Shown here one piece after another: positions 1 to 9,903 of a stretch of DNA of 64,000 nucleotides (position 1 is the stretch's first letter; each line of letters opens with the position of its first letter). The DNA is from Candidatus Latescibacterota bacterium (lineage in GTDB: Bacteria > Latescibacterota > UBA2968 > UBA8231), in NCBI GenBank assembly GCA_965203175.1, contig OZ241867.1, positions 1,728,001 to 1,792,000 on the forward strand. Direction: 5' to 3'. The notes beneath the pieces are model-generated. The model was not told where the DNA came from. It saw only the letters and a list, made by a program, of their open reading frames with translations, and ran no database searches. The position numbers and the translations under genes were made by a program.

Positions 1-1
1 C

Positions 2-514
2 TTGCTGGTGCTGGCCGTTGGGGCGCAGGCTGCGACGCCGGGACGCACCGACGGCCCTGAGGGCAGCGAGTACGGCAAGGGCGGCTACCACTACAAAGCC
101 CAGTACGGCCGCTTCTACACCGAGGGTTTTTTGGGGGCGGCGATGATGGAGAGCGAAGACTCGGACACCGAGACCAACCTCATTACGGGGCTTAATGCAG
201 GCTACATGGTCGAGGAATGGCTGGCCTTCCAGCTAGGATTCGCCCGCATCTTGGAGCAAAACATCAACCTCTATGCCGGCGGGGTGCGCTCGGCCTACGT
301 TACTCGGCCGTTCAACTACTACTTTTCGCTCGACGCCGAGCTGTACTCGCCTGAGATCGGCGACACGCGCTTCGGAATCGTCCCGGGAGTCGGGGCCGAG
401 GTGACTCTCAGCGACCGCCTGCGGGCGGGCTTGCGCTTCCAGCGCGACTTCATCTTTGCCGACGACATGATCCACATCAACCGCTTTACGGCGAAGATAC
501 AGGTGGATTTTTAG
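2..514 (+). CDS. Outer-membrane beta-barrel protein (porin/OmpA-like barrel), 5' end outside window
   Basis: Tail of a signal peptide (AVGAQA), alternating amphipathic beta-strands, C-terminal Phe (KIQVDF). Confidence 0.7.
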   Translation: MLVLAVGAQAATPGRTDGPEGSEYGKGGYHYKAQYGRFYTEGFLGAAMMESEDSDTETNLITGLNAGYMVEEWLAFQLGFARILEQNINLYAGGVRSAYVTRPFNYYFSLDAELYSPEIGDTRFGIVPGVGAEVTLSDRLRAGLRFQRDFIFADDMIHINRFTAKIQVDF

Positions 515-533
515 GGAGTTTCGCGTTGGTGAA

Positions 534-571
534 CAAAAGGGCTGGCTTCCGCTGTGAAGCCAGCCCTTTTG
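534..571. terminator. Bidirectional rho-independent terminator
   Basis: Perfect 16-bp inverted repeat CAAAAGGGCTGGCTTC-N6-GAAGCCAGCCCTTTTG with A/T tracts, between convergent genes. Confidence 0.9.
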
Positions 572-580
572 CATCGTATA

Positions 581-1483
581 TCACGCCAGATGCTCGGTCC
601 GCAGTTGCCGCGACCAGTCGAAGTACTCGTCCAGCCGCACTAGCTCGAATTCATCGACAATGTTGGCTGCGGTGCGCTCCGCGGTCTCGCTGTAGATCAC
701 CGAAGTGCCCACCTGCCCGGTCGTGACAATGCGCACGGCCTCGCCGTACTGCCGGTGAATGTCGTCGTACCTGGCCTGGTTCTTGTCGAGATGCACCACT
801 TCGTAGTCGAGGTTGATACGCGCCGTGGCCCAACTCTGGTAGTTGTTGCTTTGGGCTAGCGTGGTGCCCTGCGGGTCGATAATGGTACAGGGCGTCCCCT
901 TGTACACCGAGCCGATGAAAAACGCCTGCACATCCAAAGCCCAAAAGTTCTGTACTAGCCCCCCGTGGTACATGGAGCTGAAGAGCAACAATTTCGGCTT
1001 GAGCTTTTTGTATTGGGCACGCAATTCCCCAAAGTTCAGATCAAAGCAAATCACCCCACCCACCGGCCCGAATTCGGTCTGGATCAGGGACGCGCCTGGC
1101 CCCGGACGAGTGCCGTGGTCAAATTCTGGGTACACTGGAATGTATTTGCGGTAGATACCGGCTAATTCCCCCTGCCGGTCGAGCAGTCCGAGGACATTGA
1201 AAACCGCCCCGCTCTTGCGCTCCTTCTGATGCACCGGCACGGTGATATAGCAGCTATATTCCCGGGCTAAGTCAGCCAATAGCCGAGTCGTCGGCCCCTC
1301 TGGCACTTCCTCGTCGCAGTTTCGGCAGATGGTCTCGGGCAGGACGATTAGATCGGCCCTAGTGGCTCGGGCGACTCGGCCCACCAAGTCCTCTAAGTCC
1401 TTATGAGTTCGCTCCATCACCTCTTGGTCCGTACCGCTGATCGGGGCGTAGGAAACGCTCGATACGACGATGTGATTGCTCAT
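581..1483 (-). CDS. Carbon-nitrogen hydrolase (nitrilase superfamily)
   Basis: E-K-C triad motifs LIVLPE, YRK, ICFD; start set at MSNH (ORF open to 1513). Confidence 0.85.
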   Translation of the reverse strand: MSNHIVVSSVSYAPISGTDQEVMERTHKDLEDLVGRVARATRADLIVLPETICRNCDEEVPEGPTTRLLADLAREYSCYITVPVHQKERKSGAVFNVLGLLDRQGELAGIYRKYIPVYPEFDHGTRPGPGASLIQTEFGPVGGVICFDLNFGELRAQYKKLKPKLLLFSSMYHGGLVQNFWALDVQAFFIGSVYKGTPCTIIDPQGTTLAQSNNYQSWATARINLDYEVVHLDKNQARYDDIHRQYGEAVRIVTTGQVGTSVIYSETAERTAANIVDEFELVRLDEYFDWSRQLRTEHLA

Positions 1484-1600
1484 GGGATTTTTCCTTTTGA
1501 AAAGTGAAACCACGGTCCACTCGACGTACTATTGTTATCTACGATTACTATGTTTATGCTGTAAAAGCAAGACCTTGTCCGCACTCGCCTCCCGACACCT

Positions 1601-2278
1601 GTGAGCACTTCTCCAACTCCTTTGCGCGCCGTCGTCTTTGACATGGACGGCCTCATGCTCGACACCGAGCCTTTGTATCAGGCTGCTTGGCAACGCGCCG
1701 CCGAGGCATTGGGCTACGTACTGGACGACGAGTTCTATCTGACCTTGATTGGCACTCCCACCAAGGACGCCCTAAGAAAGGTAGGCACCTACTTTGGCCC
1801 CACCTTTCCCTTGCAGCGCTTTACCAAGTTGGGTGCAGACCAGTGGTACCAGCAAGTGGAAGAACACGGCATTGATACCAAGCCTGGCCTGCTACCTCTG
1901 CTCGACCAACTTGAGGCGGCGGCCGTCCCCAGAGCAGTGGCTACTTCTTCCAGCGCCAAGCAGGCCGCGGAGACCTTGGCGGCGAGTGGTTTGGCGGATC
2001 GCTTTGCCCACATCGTCACGAGTGACCAAGTAGCTTGCGGCAAACCATCCCCCGACCTCTACTTGGAGGCGGCCCGTCGCTTGGGATTGCCCCCGACTAC
2101 TTGCATCGCCCTAGAGGATTCAGAAGCCGGAGTCCAATCGGCCTCCACTGCGGGAATGACCGTGCTCATGGTACCCGACCTCAAGAAACCTTCGCCCCAA
2201 GCCGAGTCCCAAGCGTATAGAATCCTACCCTCGCTGCATCAGGCCACTCCTTTGATTGCCGACCTGTTGGCGTGCTAA
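1601..2278 (+). CDS. HAD-family phosphatase (beta-PGM/CbbY-like)
   Basis: FDMDGLMLDTE motif I, ATSS motif II, KPSPD and EDS motifs. Confidence 0.92.
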   Translation: MSTSPTPLRAVVFDMDGLMLDTEPLYQAAWQRAAEALGYVLDDEFYLTLIGTPTKDALRKVGTYFGPTFPLQRFTKLGADQWYQQVEEHGIDTKPGLLPLLDQLEAAAVPRAVATSSSAKQAAETLAASGLADRFAHIVTSDQVACGKPSPDLYLEAARRLGLPPTTCIALEDSEAGVQSASTAGMTVLMVPDLKKPSPQAESQAYRILPSLHQATPLIADLLAC

Positions 2279-2299
2279 GCGGAGGTGGCGTCGCAGGGT

Positions 2300-2509
2300 T
2301 TAGGCTTGAGTCGCCTTGTCTTGGTACCACACAGACACGACGGTCCTTGATGGCTCCATGCTGCCGCCGCACGACGACTGCTCGATGTTCGCGATCCGAA
2401 TATTGGGATTTGCACGAAGCCACGAATTGATCTCCTGCTCAAGATTAGAGGTGGCCTTGGCGATCGCACTAAAGTAGCCCTCTCGCATTACAAATATCTT
2501 CACTAACAC
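2300..2509 (-). CDS. Small hypothetical protein (69 aa)
   Basis: AGGAG RBS before GTG; protein-like composition (LEQEINSWL..NPNIRIANIEQS..VSVWY). Confidence 0.6.
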   Translation of the reverse strand: MLVKIFVMREGYFSAIAKATSNLEQEINSWLRANPNIRIANIEQSSCGGSMEPSRTVVSVWYQDKATQA

Positions 2510-2529
2510 GTCTCGCTCCTCCTTTGGAT

Positions 2530-3354
2530 TTATTTCGACCTATTCTCTTCGAGCCAACCGACTGTAAAGTCCACGACGTCTCGCTGCGGCATGAGCTGGC
2601 AATCTGCAAGACCAACCCGGCCACGGCGGACGACATGGCCCGCATCTGATCGCAGAAAGTCCTCGCCAATGCGATCAAAATCTGAACTATCGATGTCAAC
2701 ATCTTCAAAGGTGGCCCATCTCCGCGAATCCGACGTAGAGATTGGCGCACCCTGCTGGATGACGCGCTTGGTTGGAAAAGTCGCCCGATGTTCCGCAAGG
2801 TGCATGGACGTATTATTTCCGTGATCCACACCGAGAAGAAGGATGGAACCGTGCAGGTCGTAGATTCTCGCAAGCGGCGAATGCTCGCCCAAACCAAAGG
2901 CCAATGCGTGATTATCGGTGATGCGCGACGCTTGGGGTCCACATGCACAAAACGAGACCTGCGGATGTGCGCTGCGGAGGATGCCTCGTTGCTTGCGAAA
3001 TGTCTCCGCGATAATGCCCATGGAACGAGTGGGGGTAAGCTCTGGATCGTAGGCCGGCATGTTATCGCGTATTACCGGCCACCACGACTCGGGGACGGGC
3101 GGACTTTCCCAGCCGCTCGGTTCAGTCAGGTCCGGCGAGTGGGCGGGCATCACAAGCGTTCCAGTGGAACCCAACGCTTTCTGAAGGGCAACGATGACCG
3201 CCACAGCTCCTCCGCACACCCATCCCATCGCGCTTAAGGACGAATGCACCAATACGATCATCCCCGGTTTGACGCCGAGTGCGTGGAAGTCAGCCTGTAA
3301 AGATTCGACCGTAGCGGGGACTTCTGTTTTTTCAACGATCTCTTTTTCACTCAT
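2530..3354 (-). CDS. AAC(3)-family (YokD-like) N-acetyltransferase
   Basis: VLVHSSLSAMGWVCGG, GTLVMP, RSAHPQVSF, LLLGV..NTSMHLAE signatures. Confidence 0.92.
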   Translation of the reverse strand: MSEKEIVEKTEVPATVESLQADFHALGVKPGMIVLVHSSLSAMGWVCGGAVAVIVALQKALGSTGTLVMPAHSPDLTEPSGWESPPVPESWWPVIRDNMPAYDPELTPTRSMGIIAETFRKQRGILRSAHPQVSFCACGPQASRITDNHALAFGLGEHSPLARIYDLHGSILLLGVDHGNNTSMHLAEHRATFPTKRVIQQGAPISTSDSRRWATFEDVDIDSSDFDRIGEDFLRSDAGHVVRRGRVGLADCQLMPQRDVVDFTVGWLEENRSK

Positions 3355-3413
3355 TTCTTGCCTTTGTTTTGTATAAACTTTTCAAGAGGTGCGGAAACTT
3401 TGGCTTTGGCTTT

Positions 3414-4163
3414 TCACAATCCAAGACGTTTCGTCGATGGCTTACGAGCGATGACAATCATCTGACTACTGCCTCGATGGTACGGTTCGCAGTTCAATGA
3501 TCCATAGACGACCTCCACGCCGAGACCTGCCGAGGCAAGCAAGTTTCGCATTTGCGACAGAGTGTAGAGACGTTGAGATGATCGGCTTTCGTCCTCTGCA
3601 ATCCCGTCAATCACCCGTTGTCCAATGAGGCGCTCTTCACGAAGATCCCACTTTGATCTAAAAATCACACCGTGATTGACACTCACAGGACGAAAATTCC
3701 GCAGTATTCGCTCGCGATTTAGTAGGTCAATCAGAAGTCGTCCACCTGGACGCAATGCACGGGCGAACCGCCTCACCACGTCGGCATTCTCGCCGTCAGA
3801 AAAATAGCCAAAGCTGTTGAACCAGTTGTAAATCGCATGGAACTCGTTCTCAAACTCAATCGAACGCAGGTCCATGCTCCTGAGATCGGCTTGCACCCCG
3901 TCTCTACTAAATCTTCGTTTCGCCCGGTTTATGAACGTCGACTGCAGGTCGATGCCGACTACTTCCACCCCGTGCTTCGCCAGATGGTAAGCGACGCGCC
4001 CTGCGCCACAAGGAGCATCTAGGACGCGTTGTCCTTTTCTAATGCGCAACATCCGGCGAAGAGAATTTGCCTCGTCCTCGCCTCCTTCATCCGGACGAAG
4101 CCATAAGCTGCCATGAAGCGTTTTGAACCATTCGCGATCATCGTATTGAGCCTGTACATCCAT
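3414..4163 (-). CDS. Class I SAM-dependent methyltransferase
   Basis: VLDAPCGAGR motif I, SFGYF, LRPGGRLLID; start uncertain (ORF open to 4229). Confidence 0.88.
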   Translation of the reverse strand: MDVQAQYDDREWFKTLHGSLWLRPDEGGEDEANSLRRMLRIRKGQRVLDAPCGAGRVAYHLAKHGVEVVGIDLQSTFINRAKRRFSRDGVQADLRSMDLRSIEFENEFHAIYNWFNSFGYFSDGENADVVRRFARALRPGGRLLIDLLNRERILRNFRPVSVNHGVIFRSKWDLREERLIGQRVIDGIAEDESRSSQRLYTLSQMRNLLASAGLGVEVVYGSLNCEPYHRGSSQMIVIARKPSTKRLGL

Positions 4164-4259
4164 GTCATCTTTTGGTTTCGTAACTCTACTTCCTTTAAAG
4201 TGATAATCACACCTGCTGACGATCTTCACTAGGCACCAATTTCTTCTACAGGAATTTAC

Positions 4260-5126
4260 TCAAGCGGCGAATGACAGCGATAATCCGTCAAATGCTATTC
4301 TATAACCATGTGCTACGGCATACTCATCCAGTTCGTCGTGCTCTAGGTATCCCTCATGTGAGATGTGAGTCGCGTAAGCCTTTGCGTTGTTCTTGAGAAG
4401 GCCGCTGCGCCGAAAGCGATCGACGTGGCCTATGACGCCAACGGATGCTAGGTGATCCGGCGGACTAGCGTCAAAGCCGATGCCGTACGTGTGATCGAGG
4501 ACGAGCAAATCGAACTGAGTGTCTGCAAGCAGAAGGTGCTCCCATACCTGATCTGATAGAACCGAGGTATCAGTACCGTAAAATATGGCGTGCTGACCCT
4601 GCTCAATTGCGTAGAGCAGACACCCCCTTTCAGTACCGTGGTTCGCGGGATACCCTGTGAAGCGGTAATCGCCGATGACTTGAGTCTTGAACGGCTCGAC
4701 GGTGAGCAGATTAATCTTCAGGGCGTGCTGTGCGTCTTGAGCGAAAATACTTCCGTACCCGCATCTTCTGCCCAAGATCTCATCAATAGACCTCAGCGCA
4801 TCGCTTGAACCTGCTAGCAGCATTTCCTGGGCGACGACCGTTGCGTATTCCTCATGTCTCGACATGAGGAACTCAGGATCAAAGTGGTCTGCGTGGGCAT
4901 GTGTCAATAGGCAGATACTGATGCCAGTTAGAGAAACGTCGTGAGCGAACGACGCGGTCGCTATGTCTGGACCAATATCCACTAGCAGGTCATCGTTGAT
5001 TGCTATGGACGACCGCTTGCGAAGGTTTTTGCCGGCGGCCCGCCTCGCGGCTGAGCACGCCTGACATACGCAGAAAGGTATTGGCATCGACGGCGCGGCT
5101 GATGTTCCGAGAAACGTCACTTGCAA
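4260..5126 (-). CDS. Metallo-beta-lactamase-fold hydrolase, PhnP-like
   Basis: FLGT..P.P.C.C..C N-terminus, THAHADH metal motif, THISH, AFDG; TTG start. Confidence 0.85.
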   Translation of the reverse strand: MQVTFLGTSAAPSMPIPFCVCQACSAARRAAGKNLRKRSSIAINDDLLVDIGPDIATASFAHDVSLTGISICLLTHAHADHFDPEFLMSRHEEYATVVAQEMLLAGSSDALRSIDEILGRRCGYGSIFAQDAQHALKINLLTVEPFKTQVIGDYRFTGYPANHGTERGCLLYAIEQGQHAIFYGTDTSVLSDQVWEHLLLADTQFDLLVLDHTYGIGFDASPPDHLASVGVIGHVDRFRRSGLLKNNAKAYATHISHEGYLEHDELDEYAVAHGYRIAFDGLSLSFAA

Positions 5127-5129
5127 AGC

Positions 5130-5900
5130 TTAGCCGGTCTCCGTCGTAGTGCAGAAGCAAAGCTGATGTCTCGAGTCCGGCCCAAAGGCGTCCCGATCCC
5201 AGCTCCCGAACTTCTCGTTGATTCTCATCCCATTGTACTTTAGCAGGGCATCCAGTTCCTGCGGAAAATACATCCTGAGATTCAGACCGCCAACGACCTC
5301 ATCAGAGTCCTCTTTGTAGTGCTCCATGCGCGCGATCTGAGTGTCTGCTTCATACCTATATGACTGCGTTACTTGCACTTCTTGTCCGGTTTCATCGTCT
5401 GTGTAGCGAGAGAATGGATACCGTCTGCTTGGGTCGCGATTGAGGATCTCCAGCCCAGGGACAAAGACGTCCAAAATGAAGTAACCACCCGGAGCGAGAT
5501 GGCGCTTAACGCAGCGAATGCACTCCTCGAAATCCACTAGGTCGTGCAGATGCCATAGTGCGTTGCTCAGTAGTAAGATTGCTCCATACTGCCTACCGGT
5601 GTCAAAGCGGCGTATATCGTCGTAGATCCAGTTGACCTTCACCTGTCTACCGTCGGCCTTTGACCTGGCAAGGCTAAGCATCGGCTCCGAGTAGTCGATC
5701 CCAGTGACCTCAAGGCCGTGCTCTGCCAAGGGGATTGCTATCCGGCCTGTTCCACAGGCTAGCTCAAGGACCTCTCCGCGGGAGGCGAGCTCAACCAGAA
5801 ACCAATCTGGAAGCGTAGCATACGCGCCGTAGTACTGGTCGTATTTGGCTGGGGCCAGGTAGTCTGCGTCGATTGATTCTACTTTTTTCATTCCAGACAT
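5130..5900 (-). CDS. Class I SAM-dependent methyltransferase
   Basis: VLELACGTGR, GIDYS, HLAPGG. Confidence 0.92.
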   Translation of the reverse strand: MSGMKKVESIDADYLAPAKYDQYYGAYATLPDWFLVELASRGEVLELACGTGRIAIPLAEHGLEVTGIDYSEPMLSLARSKADGRQVKVNWIYDDIRRFDTGRQYGAILLLSNALWHLHDLVDFEECIRCVKRHLAPGGYFILDVFVPGLEILNRDPSRRYPFSRYTDDETGQEVQVTQSYRYEADTQIARMEHYKEDSDEVVGGLNLRMYFPQELDALLKYNGMRINEKFGSWDRDAFGPDSRHQLCFCTTTETG

Positions 5901-5946
5901 GGTTGTGCCGGTTTGCGAACCTACCCGTTCGGAAGGGACTAACCAG

Positions 5947-6660
5947 TTAGATTTTCTCCAATAGCTCCCGGACCTTTTGGTTGCGGGTTACTCCGACGGG
6001 TCGTTGTCCCTGATTATTTTTTGCATTTGGATCAGCCCCTTGCGCTAGCAGAAGTTTCACGCCCTTAATATCCCCCTTTTCCGCAACTCCATGCAGTGCA
6101 GTATTATTTTTAGAGCTTCCGCGTTGATCAACTATAGGGCTATTAACATCGGCTCCATAATCGAGCAGCAGAGCAAGCATACCTGGACACTTGCGGTTAA
6201 AGGAGGTTGCGTGTTTGAGCGCATCCCAAGACACGGTTTGCGTTTCGCTCGGACCACTGCCAGCGATCAGTGCGCCATTCTCCAATAGGAATTTCATACT
6301 ATCTAGGGAACTACCTTCGATAGCAAATATCAACGGCGGGCCGTAGTCTTGAGTGACTCGATTCACGTCCGCGCCATGTTGAACCAGTAGCTCCATAGTT
6401 GCAACACAGCCACCGCGTGTTGCTGCTCGGCAAAGGGGAAAGTTGTGGTTTTCCATAACGTCGCCCCCTTTGCCGATTAGATAAGCGAGGATCTCCGTAT
6501 GACCGCTCACGGCGGCTTGTATCATCGGATAGCCGCTGCGCCCCGCGCTAGGAAGGAGAGGCTCATGGAGAAGGGTAGGTTCTGTCTCGCCGATTTGTTT
6601 GACAGTGGCCAAGTCGCCATTTTCTATCGCTTCTCTGAGCTTATCTCTGCTTTCGGTCAT
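5947..6660 (-). CDS. Ankyrin-repeat protein
   Basis: Repeated PL..A...G...LL..GADVN units, TALH; GGAGG RBS before MTES. Confidence 0.9.
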   Translation of the reverse strand: MTESRDKLREAIENGDLATVKQIGETEPTLLHEPLLPSAGRSGYPMIQAAVSGHTEILAYLIGKGGDVMENHNFPLCRAATRGGCVATMELLVQHGADVNRVTQDYGPPLIFAIEGSSLDSMKFLLENGALIAGSGPSETQTVSWDALKHATSFNRKCPGMLALLLDYGADVNSPIVDQRGSSKNNTALHGVAEKGDIKGVKLLLAQGADPNAKNNQGQRPVGVTRNQKVRELLEKI

Positions 6661-6820
6661 CGATATTCCTCCGTTACTCGATGTGTGCAAAAAAGTGAAA
6701 AAACTAGCGTCCTAATACCGATTCCGAAAGCAAGAAGGACTATAGAACCATGTCAAGCAAATCTCCGTCTATCAGGGAAATTTATCCTTACACATCTTGT
6801 TTGGGGTTCGCATAATGTTC

Positions 6821-7885
6821 TCACAATTCAATGGGGTCTATAGAGGCTGCCCGTAATATCTCCTCTCCCATTTTGATTGCTTGCGGTAAATCGCGCATTT
6901 GCTCACTAATAGGCCAATTGGTCATGGGCCCCACATCGTGTTTTTCTAAAATCCTCAGATCTTGGGCTAATCTCCAAGCTTGATTTACAGCCCAAACCAC
7001 TGGAAAAGAATCTACTTCGTTCTTAGTAAGAGGACGTGTTTGGTGGTACCCTTTTAGAACATCGGCGATCTCAAGGGGTGTGAGGGGACGACCGTGCCTC
7101 TTGTCGCTACCCATGAGCCATTTGTTGCGGATCTTTCCTATATCCGATAATTGAGGATCATATTTGCAATTGAAGTCGATGAGCCTTAATGATTGCTCAT
7201 GCCTGAGTACATTGGGGGCACGTACATCTCCGTGAACGAGTCCAAAGCGAACCCGAAAATTTCGGTGATCGTTGCGAATTTGGGAACGAAGTACCCGTAC
7301 ATGTTCGTCATGGTGTCGCTCGGCAGCCCATGTCTCGGCTTTTCGCAGGGTAAGATCAATCCAGTCACCTAGCGGTAGAATTTGCCCCGGCATGTGTTCA
7401 AATTCGTGCATGACAGAATACAACTTGCCCAAAGTACGGCCTACATCAAATAAGACATCTAAATCTGCACTGGAACATCCATCACCGGGCAGTTCCTGTT
7501 CCACCGACAGCGTCTTCTGACCCAGCGCGATGGAGAGATCGCCGTTGGAAGTTGGGATGATGGCTGGTACAGGACATCCAGCAGCATGTAATCCATCGAC
7601 GAGTTCTACGAGCTGGACACTCGTCAGACCGTCACGAGGAAAACCAATGCGTGCGATACCGCATCCCTCTATCCGAAATATCCGAGGCGATAGCCATGGA
7701 GAAACTGCTTCGGGTGCGATGCCCCAATGCCTGCTAAGGGCATCAGCTACGGCCTCTTGTGATGGGAATTCAACCAATGCTGTGCTCTTCGAGATGAAAC
7801 CTGCTGGCGATCTTTGGCGATCTTTATAAGGTAGACAAGTCGCGCCGGAAGCGGATTTGTCGTCCTTCATCTCGGACGCCACCAT
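6821..7885 (-). CDS. Aminoglycoside phosphotransferase/homoserine kinase type II family protein
   Basis: HGDVRAPN catalytic loop and LIDF; the true start is probably downstream of the annotated one, which overlaps the GNAT gene. Confidence 0.8.
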   Translation of the reverse strand: MVASEMKDDKSASGATCLPYKDRQRSPAGFISKSTALVEFPSQEAVADALSRHWGIAPEAVSPWLSPRIFRIEGCGIARIGFPRDGLTSVQLVELVDGLHAAGCPVPAIIPTSNGDLSIALGQKTLSVEQELPGDGCSSADLDVLFDVGRTLGKLYSVMHEFEHMPGQILPLGDWIDLTLRKAETWAAERHHDEHVRVLRSQIRNDHRNFRVRFGLVHGDVRAPNVLRHEQSLRLIDFNCKYDPQLSDIGKIRNKWLMGSDKRHGRPLTPLEIADVLKGYHQTRPLTKNEVDSFPVVWAVNQAWRLAQDLRILEKHDVGPMTNWPISEQMRDLPQAIKMGEEILRAASIDPIEL

Positions 7886-8342
7886 CGCGGCTCCACCCCA
7901 TGGCCTCGTAGAAAGCGATTCCGCGCTCGTAGCCTTCCACGGTCCACACTACTGCCCCATTATACCCGTCCGCAACCAGATAACGCAAAGCGACAGACAT
8001 CAATGCCTTGCCAATACCTGTGCGCCAGTGCGACGGATAGACAGCGATAGTATCAAGTTCGCCGAGGCGTGAATCCACTGGATCCCGGCTGGGACCAATG
8101 CCGACGAACCCTGCAATTGAACCCATACGCTCAGCTACCCACCAACGATGTGGGACCGGCTGAGCAAGATCATGGCACCAGCGTTCAATAAGAGCTGGCG
8201 TCACAGTTCTATCGGCCTGCGATAGCAGTGCGCCAAATCCAGCGTTCCACGAATCGATGTAAATCTGCACCACAGTCTCGGCGTCAGCAGGCGTAGCGGA
8301 TCGGATCGTTGGTGGCACTTCTCGTGTCCCGTCTAGTTTCAT
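7824..8342 (-). CDS. GNAT-family acetyltransferase
   Basis: IRSATPAD, AVYPSHWRTGIGKALM, FYEAMGW. Confidence 0.9.
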   Translation of the reverse strand: MKLDGTREVPPTIRSATPADAETVVQIYIDSWNAGFGALLSQADRTVTPALIERWCHDLAQPVPHRWWVAERMGSIAGFVGIGPSRDPVDSRLGELDTIAVYPSHWRTGIGKALMSVALRYLVADGYNGAVVWTVEGYERGIAFYEAMGWSRDGGVRDEGRQIRFRRDLSTL

Positions 8343-9208
8343 CTATGTGCCGTAGCCCTTGGGATCTGCCAATCCGTGCTAAATCCAGTCTGCTTTAGTA
8401 TTTCGATTCCTTTCTCGAGGTGCAATCCAACCCCTGCGACCCCATGTGAATCATCTCCTGGGACGCAAGGGACGCCGAGATCCAGTGCCATTTCCAAGAT
8501 AGATCTGGATACGTAAGGTTCAGATCCACCCTTTTCGAGGGCCCTGAGATTGAAATCGAGAATTGACCCAAGGTCTTTGATCTTCTTGAGGTTCCTCCGG
8601 ATTCTCTCCTTGATTTTGGGGGTCTCTAAGCGCTGACGATAGTCCCTATCGTGCATTCGAATGAGGTCAAAGTGGCCGACTACTTCAGGCTCAAGTTTCT
8701 CTAGTAGTTCGTATTGTTGGTCGAAGTATTCACAGAATAGCTCATCGATTCCTCCAGCCTCTTCTACGGCCTGGGCATACCACTCTGGCGGACCATCGAT
8801 ACATATGTCTCTCACGTGATGGACCGAGCCAACAATGTAGTCTGGTTGAAATTGATTCCGCAGACTGTTGACGTGTGCTACGTAGCCGGTGTAACTCTCT
8901 GTTTCGAATCCGACTAAGATGCGAATAGAATCTCGATATTCCCTCTGGAGCCTGCGTGCGACCGAGAAGTATTCGGTGAACTGTTCCATCCTCGATTCAA
9001 GCGTCTGGCTCGCCTCAATCTCCCAGGGAAACAGGAAGTCGGCTGAAGCTGGCGGGATGTGCTCGGTAATGCCCACCCATTCGAAACCCTTGTCAACGTA
9101 GGCGCGCACGACCTCCGCAAGCGTGGAATCATTTGCATCGCCGAATTCTTTGCTGTGTCCACCGTGGACGGATACGCGCGCTGCCGAAGTGGTGTTTGGT
9201 ACCGTCAC
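8339..9208 (-). CDS. PHP-domain histidinol-phosphatase (HisJ family)
   Basis: HGGHS, GITEH, GSVH, GHFD, GDDSH metal ligands. Confidence 0.88.
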   Translation of the reverse strand: MTVPNTTSAARVSVHGGHSKEFGDANDSTLAEVVRAYVDKGFEWVGITEHIPPASADFLFPWEIEASQTLESRMEQFTEYFSVARRLQREYRDSIRILVGFETESYTGYVAHVNSLRNQFQPDYIVGSVHHVRDICIDGPPEWYAQAVEEAGGIDELFCEYFDQQYELLEKLEPEVVGHFDLIRMHDRDYRQRLETPKIKERIRRNLKKIKDLGSILDFNLRALEKGGSEPYVSRSILEMALDLGVPCVPGDDSHGVAGVGLHLEKGIEILKQTGFSTDWQIPRATAHR

Positions 9209-9307
9209 GCTAAGCTCTCCTTATCGTTAAGTGGGATAGATCCGCCAAGACTAGGGCGAGAAGACAAAATTATCAGAAACGGATCAGCATAGCTGTCATA
9301 GCCAATA

Positions 9308-9679
9308 TCAAACCTCCACATTGGCATAGAAATTGACGATGTTCCTATCCGGATCGCGAAACCAAACGGACCGGCGTCCCCACGGTTGAGTTGTCGGCGG
9401 TTTGACAATCTCAACATTCATGGCCTGCAAACGCTCAAATTCCTGGTCGACGTCTTCTACCTCAAACTCAATAGTATAGCTGCCATATCCGGCCCCCTTC
9501 AGGCTTCCATGAGCCATCTCCTCCATGTGTTCTGAGGAGAAGATGGACAACTCTGCACCCTCCGTTGGAATGATCTTAAATACATCCCCTTCTTCTGGTT
9601 CGAGTTTTAGTATCTCTCTGTAGAAAGCGCACAGTCTGGGTACATTCTGCGTTACTATACAAATGCCATTGAACCGCAT
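9308..9679 (-). CDS. VOC/glyoxalase family protein
   Basis: FY..IL, FEVEDVD, QPWGRRSVWFRDPD.N; GGAGG RBS. Confidence 0.92.
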   Translation of the reverse strand: MRFNGICIVTQNVPRLCAFYREILKLEPEEGDVFKIIPTEGAELSIFSSEHMEEMAHGSLKGAGYGSYTIEFEVEDVDQEFERLQAMNVEIVKPPTTQPWGRRSVWFRDPDRNIVNFYANVEV

Positions 9680-9756
9680 GAGAAACCTCCAGAAGTCTCA
9701 GTGAATTTTTTGGACGGCGCAGCGACAACATATTGTTACCGGATATGAGACCACAA

Positions 9757-9819
9757 TTATCCGACATTCTCACTCTCCCTGAACGGTATCACGATCACTT
9801 GTAGTGGCTGCCTTGCCAT
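9757..9819 (-). pseudogene. Probable 5' stump of a Nudix-hydrolase gene (20 codons)
   Basis: Reads MARQPLQVIVIPFRESENVG*, resembling from memory the N-terminus of a Nudix subfamily (M.R.P.QV.V.P[FY]R); no Nudix box follows. Confidence 0.35.
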
Positions 9820-9903
9820 GCTAACTCTTCAGTATGCATGGAACGCCGTCCTTCCGGACGCTATTCCATGGTCCATGAACACTCGGATCGAAATAGGCTT
9901 CTC

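Noticed and set aside
5937-5952. Possible attC cores (ATCTAAC..GTTAG after the ankyrin stop; ACCTAAC near 12554)
   Set aside because: No L boxes or long imperfect palindrome, not repeated at other junctions, and no intI; could be chance or fully eroded sites.
6805-6832. dif-like XerC arm GGTTCGCATAA (similar AGTTCGGATAA at 32253)
   Set aside because: No XerD arm after the 6-bp spacer, so a pdif module is not supported.
2530-8342. AAC(3), APH and GNAT genes as a clinical resistance cluster
   Set aside because: They are generic family members (YokD-like, kinase type II-like) with no recognisable resistance allele; substrates cannot be inferred.
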